Shown: one piece after another, positions 60,861 through 64,000 of the stretch
Position numbering within the stretch: position 1 is the stretch's first letter
How the letters are laid out: each line of letters opens with the position of its first letter
NCBI GenBank assembly: GCA_951406725.2
Contig: OX597819.1
Coordinates: 40,548,001-40,612,000 of the forward strand
Reading direction: 5' to 3'
DNA from: Octopus vulgaris
Lineage: Eukaryota
Length of the DNA: 64,000 nt
Program-made: the position numbers and the translations under genes
Notes under the pieces: generated by a model
Seen by the model: only the letters and a program-made list of their open reading frames with translations
The model's database searches: none
Told to the model about the DNA's origin: nothing

Positions 60861-60948
60861 CTTCCGACATATGTTTCGAAGAAAATATTGGTATTATTCC
60901 AGAAGGAAAAAAATGGTGTAAAACAAAGCAATCTTCTCATCAGGGAAA
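60861..60948 (-). ncRNA. Minimal type I hammerhead ribozyme
   Basis: TTTCC-CTGATGA-GAAGA[~50-nt loop]TCTTC-GAAAC-ATAT-GTC-GGAAG: complete core, stems I-III pair, palindromic stem III. Confidence 0.88.
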
Positions 60949-61279
60949 GAAAGAAACCAAGCACATAAATAAGACATTTTAACAGAATGTGAAGACTGCG
61001 TATATGATGACAGAAACGCTATCAAATTCTTATTTAAAAAAAAAACGTTAGTAGATATATCGTCAAAGGTAGTTTATGGAAAGAGAATGAGGAGGAAGAA
61101 AGAAATTAGCAGAAAACTAATAGTGGAGAGATATAGAGCAATAGGTGAATAGGAATAAAGCTTAAAGGCTTGGGAGTAGACATGTTTAGTGGAAGTGAAA
61201 TCTAAGAAGACAGTCAAAGGTCAAATTTTATAGAATGGTAGAAATCACTTATAGGAACTAAGACATGTTTTTGTCAATG

Positions 61280-62030
61280 TTTGCAACGATAAACATGTTC
61301 TATAAATGTGTTTACAAGAGGATTCTTTGAGAACAGGATGAAATACATTTTACTGTTACAAAGTGGACAAAAATATTTACCTTTATCATACAGAAAAGAT
61401 ATAGATAGAATATTTCATTCCAAATCAAATTGTTTTTTATGATCTTTTAGATACCAGGTTAATTTACTAAGCCTAGTATTGTTACATTTATTGATATGTC
61501 TAAATGTAGAGTAATGATTAGATATTCTTTTGGACAACTGAGATGAAGAATTACTTATATAAAAAAAGACGTCAGATCCGGAAGTAATTTTACATTGATA
61601 AATAGAGTTTCTAGTCTTAGAATTACTGCTAAGGAAACGAATGTGACTGGAATCAACATCAGATACACTAACACCGCTGCTATTATTATTTAAAGAATGG
61701 TTAGTGTTAACAAAATCAACATTACTATTTTCATTAAGTAAATATGTATTTAACAACTTATTATGTGAAGAGATGATTTGTGAAACATTTTTTGTGTTAG
61801 AAAACCCTATCCTGGTTCGGTTTCTTGGGAAATTCTTTTCTATAGCTTCACGAAACTGAAGAGATAATCTAGAAAGTCTAAGTGAAATATTCCTAACTAA
61901 ATTCTTTGTAATAGCCTTAGAGTGATTACTGAAAGAGCTAATATATTTTAAATTAGTTGAGGATTTATAGTATGGGAAATATGAATCATTATATAAGTTA
62001 AGGGTAATATCCAAAAAGTTGGCTTTAGTC
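61280..62030 (-). pseudogene. PLE RT-thumb + C-terminal GIY-YIG endonuclease remnant
   Basis: NFLDITLNL...YI..SNH...RLSRLS; IYQCKI...FYI.N...KRISNH..F...T.LSK..WYLK...*NIL...CPLC; internal deletion and a TGA at a probable Trp. Confidence 0.8.
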
Positions 62031-62276
62031 ATATTATATTCCTTCTGGAATAATACCAATGTTTTCTTCAAAACATATGTTGGAAGTAAAAAGATTTGAA
62101 TAACACCTGCGTTGAACTCCATTTATTTGTTTATTTATTTATAGATAGATAGCTAGATAGATATACATACATACACACACACACATATACATACATACAT
62201 ACACACACATCTACACACATACACACATATATATGCATAAAATATAACATATATATATATATATACATATATATAC

Positions 62277-62650
62277 ACCAGCTTCGGCTGGCCCCCGTGC
62301 CGGTGACACGTAAAAGCACCGTCCGTTCGTGGGCGTTTGCCAGCTCTGTCTGGCCCCGTGTCGGTGGCACGTAAAAGCACCATCCGTTCGTGTCCGTTGC
62401 CAGCATCGCCTGGCCCTGTGCCGGTGACACGTAAAAGCACCAGCTCTGTCTGGCACCTGTGCAGGTGGCACGTAAAAAACACCCACTACACTCGCGGAGT
62501 GGTTGGCGTTAGGAAGGGCATCCAGCCGTAGAAACACTGCCAGATCTGACTGGGCCTGACGAAGCCTTCCAGCTTCACAGACCCCAGTTGACCCGTCCAA
62601 CCCATGCTAGCATGGAAGGCGGACGCTAAATGATGATGATGATGATGATG
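62277..62650 (+). mobile_element. RTE 3'-UTR copy with four tandem units and (GAT)n tail
   Basis: CpG-rich, close to 9150-9405. Confidence 0.88.
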
Positions 62651-62707
62651 ATATGCATACACACACACATATATATATGTATGTGTGCGTGTATATATGT
62701 ATATATA

Positions 62708-62784
<77 letters not shown>

Positions 62785-63441
62785 ATGATAAAAGACTAAA
62801 AGACAATTACCCTAGATATTGTGCAATGGGATTGAACCCTTAACCTACATGGTTGCTAAGAGAACTTCTTAACTAGATAGTCACACTTGTGCCTATATTA
62901 ACATCTGGCTTCTCCAAGATATTTTACATACCCACATAAAATTATGATGGAAGGTTTTAGCAAAAATATGAACAGACAGGCTTGTATCAAAAGGATTAAT
63001 GAATATAATTTATCTAGTATCTCTCAATGTCACTTATAAATCAAACGAGATTTATCACAAACAGGTGAGCTTGACAGGTAGCATACACATGTTAGTGTTT
63101 TCATTATCAAGTTGGCATCTGGCACATAACTTAAGGAAATGTTCTTACATAAAATTACAGCTGAAGGTTTTAACTTACGCATAAACACATAAACATTGGC
63201 AGTTTTATGTCACAAAATCAGAGGTGGTCTTGGAGTGTATCAAAAGAATTAAGCTTATAAATCAATATGTGATTAAAAAATATCATATTAATTAGCAGTA
63301 TACTAACTTTTAAATTAGACATTTGAATTACACACAAATAATTCTATACAGGTTGTCAACACCAACATATTTATTGCTAGTTAAATTTGGTTTAAAAACT
63401 AAATTCTGACTAAACTCAGATAATTCTGTAAATTATCAGAT

Positions 63442-63469
63442 ACTACTACTACTACTACTACTACTACTA

Positions 63470-63528
<59 letters not shown>

Positions 63529-63605
63529 CTGCTGCTTCTGCTGCCACTGCCACCACCACTACTGCGCCGCCACTACCACTACTTCCACCACCACCACCAC
63601 CAACA
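63442..63605. repeat. Compound (TAC)n(CAT)n(CAC)n microsatellite abutting an RTE-tail repeat
   Basis: Direct reading. Confidence 0.9.
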
Positions 63606-64000
63606 TCGTTGCTTTAATGTGCACTTTTCCATGCTTGCATGGGTTAGACAGAACTTGTTGAGATGGATTTTCTAGAGCTGGATGCTCTTCCTGTAGCCAA
63701 CCTCACCTGTTTCCTAGTCAGATAATATTTTCCCCATGGAAATATCTCAGAAGAGAGACATCTTCTTTGCTATCTTCCTGGGCAATGCCTTTTCCATTTT
63801 GTCTGCTGGTGCCATGAGAAATTAAGTTAAGGATTGCAACAGTTTGTAAATCTGAATATCCGTATACAATGCAATTACATTATTACTTCAATAAGTAGAT
63901 CTGTTAGTTGTCTTTATGATCAGTAGGAATAATTTTTTTCCACTTCAAATATTTTTTGTCTTTTACTTGTTTTGGTTATTGTGCTCGTCTGTCTCAGAAG

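Larger units (their letters stand above)
60695..62145 (-). mobile_element. Penelope-like retroelement, 5'-truncated, with inverted pLTR copy
   Basis: RT thumb remnant, GIY-YIG remnant, hammerhead in the 3' region; 62039-62140 is an inverted copy of 60808-60908; microsatellite flanks. Confidence 0.88.

Noticed and set aside
61415-61417. In-frame TGA in the PLE endonuclease as selenocysteine
   Set aside because: Aligns with a probable conserved Trp (TGG>TGA) in an ORF with other lesions
62281-62483. CRISPR-like appearance of GGCACGTAAAAGCACC repeats with spacers (also 3575-3790, 43100-43390, 54670-55100)
   Set aside because: Spacers are homologous to one another, arrays lie in RTE 3' UTRs, eukaryotic context and no cas genes

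Overview
AT-rich, repeat-dense animal genomic DNA; the SINE/RTE repeat families and microsatellite load suggest a coleoid cephalopod (Octopus-like), which is an inference. Protein-coding content: a multi-exon selenocysteine lyase gene (SCLY, + strand, 12 well-supported GT-AG exons 14094-32929 plus a candidate first exon at 1053-1057, 422 aa in total) and the last exon of B9D2 (- strand, 59422-59735). Mobile DNA: a young 5'-truncated RTE LINE with an open APE-RT ORF carrying an embedded PHD-type finger, many RTE 3'-UTR copies, tRNA-derived SINEs, CR1/RTE relics, a Tc1 relic, piggyBac/hAT MITEs, a U2 snRNA retrocopy, and a Penelope-like element with an intact hammerhead ribozyme. Most notable unexplained signals: (1) a ~13 kb non-coding stretch downstream of SCLY with 18 strand-specific CCCGA motifs, many in hairpin loops and resembling nucleolin recognition elements, preceded by a degenerate motif array (candidate multivalent lncRNA or ultra-long 3' UTR); (2) non-autonomous hammerhead-containing elements with Penelope-type inverted ends, one with a tRNA/Pol III head; (3) tandem H-type pseudoknot units in RTE 3' UTRs. 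All counts and pairings were done by eye; repeat boundaries are approximate.
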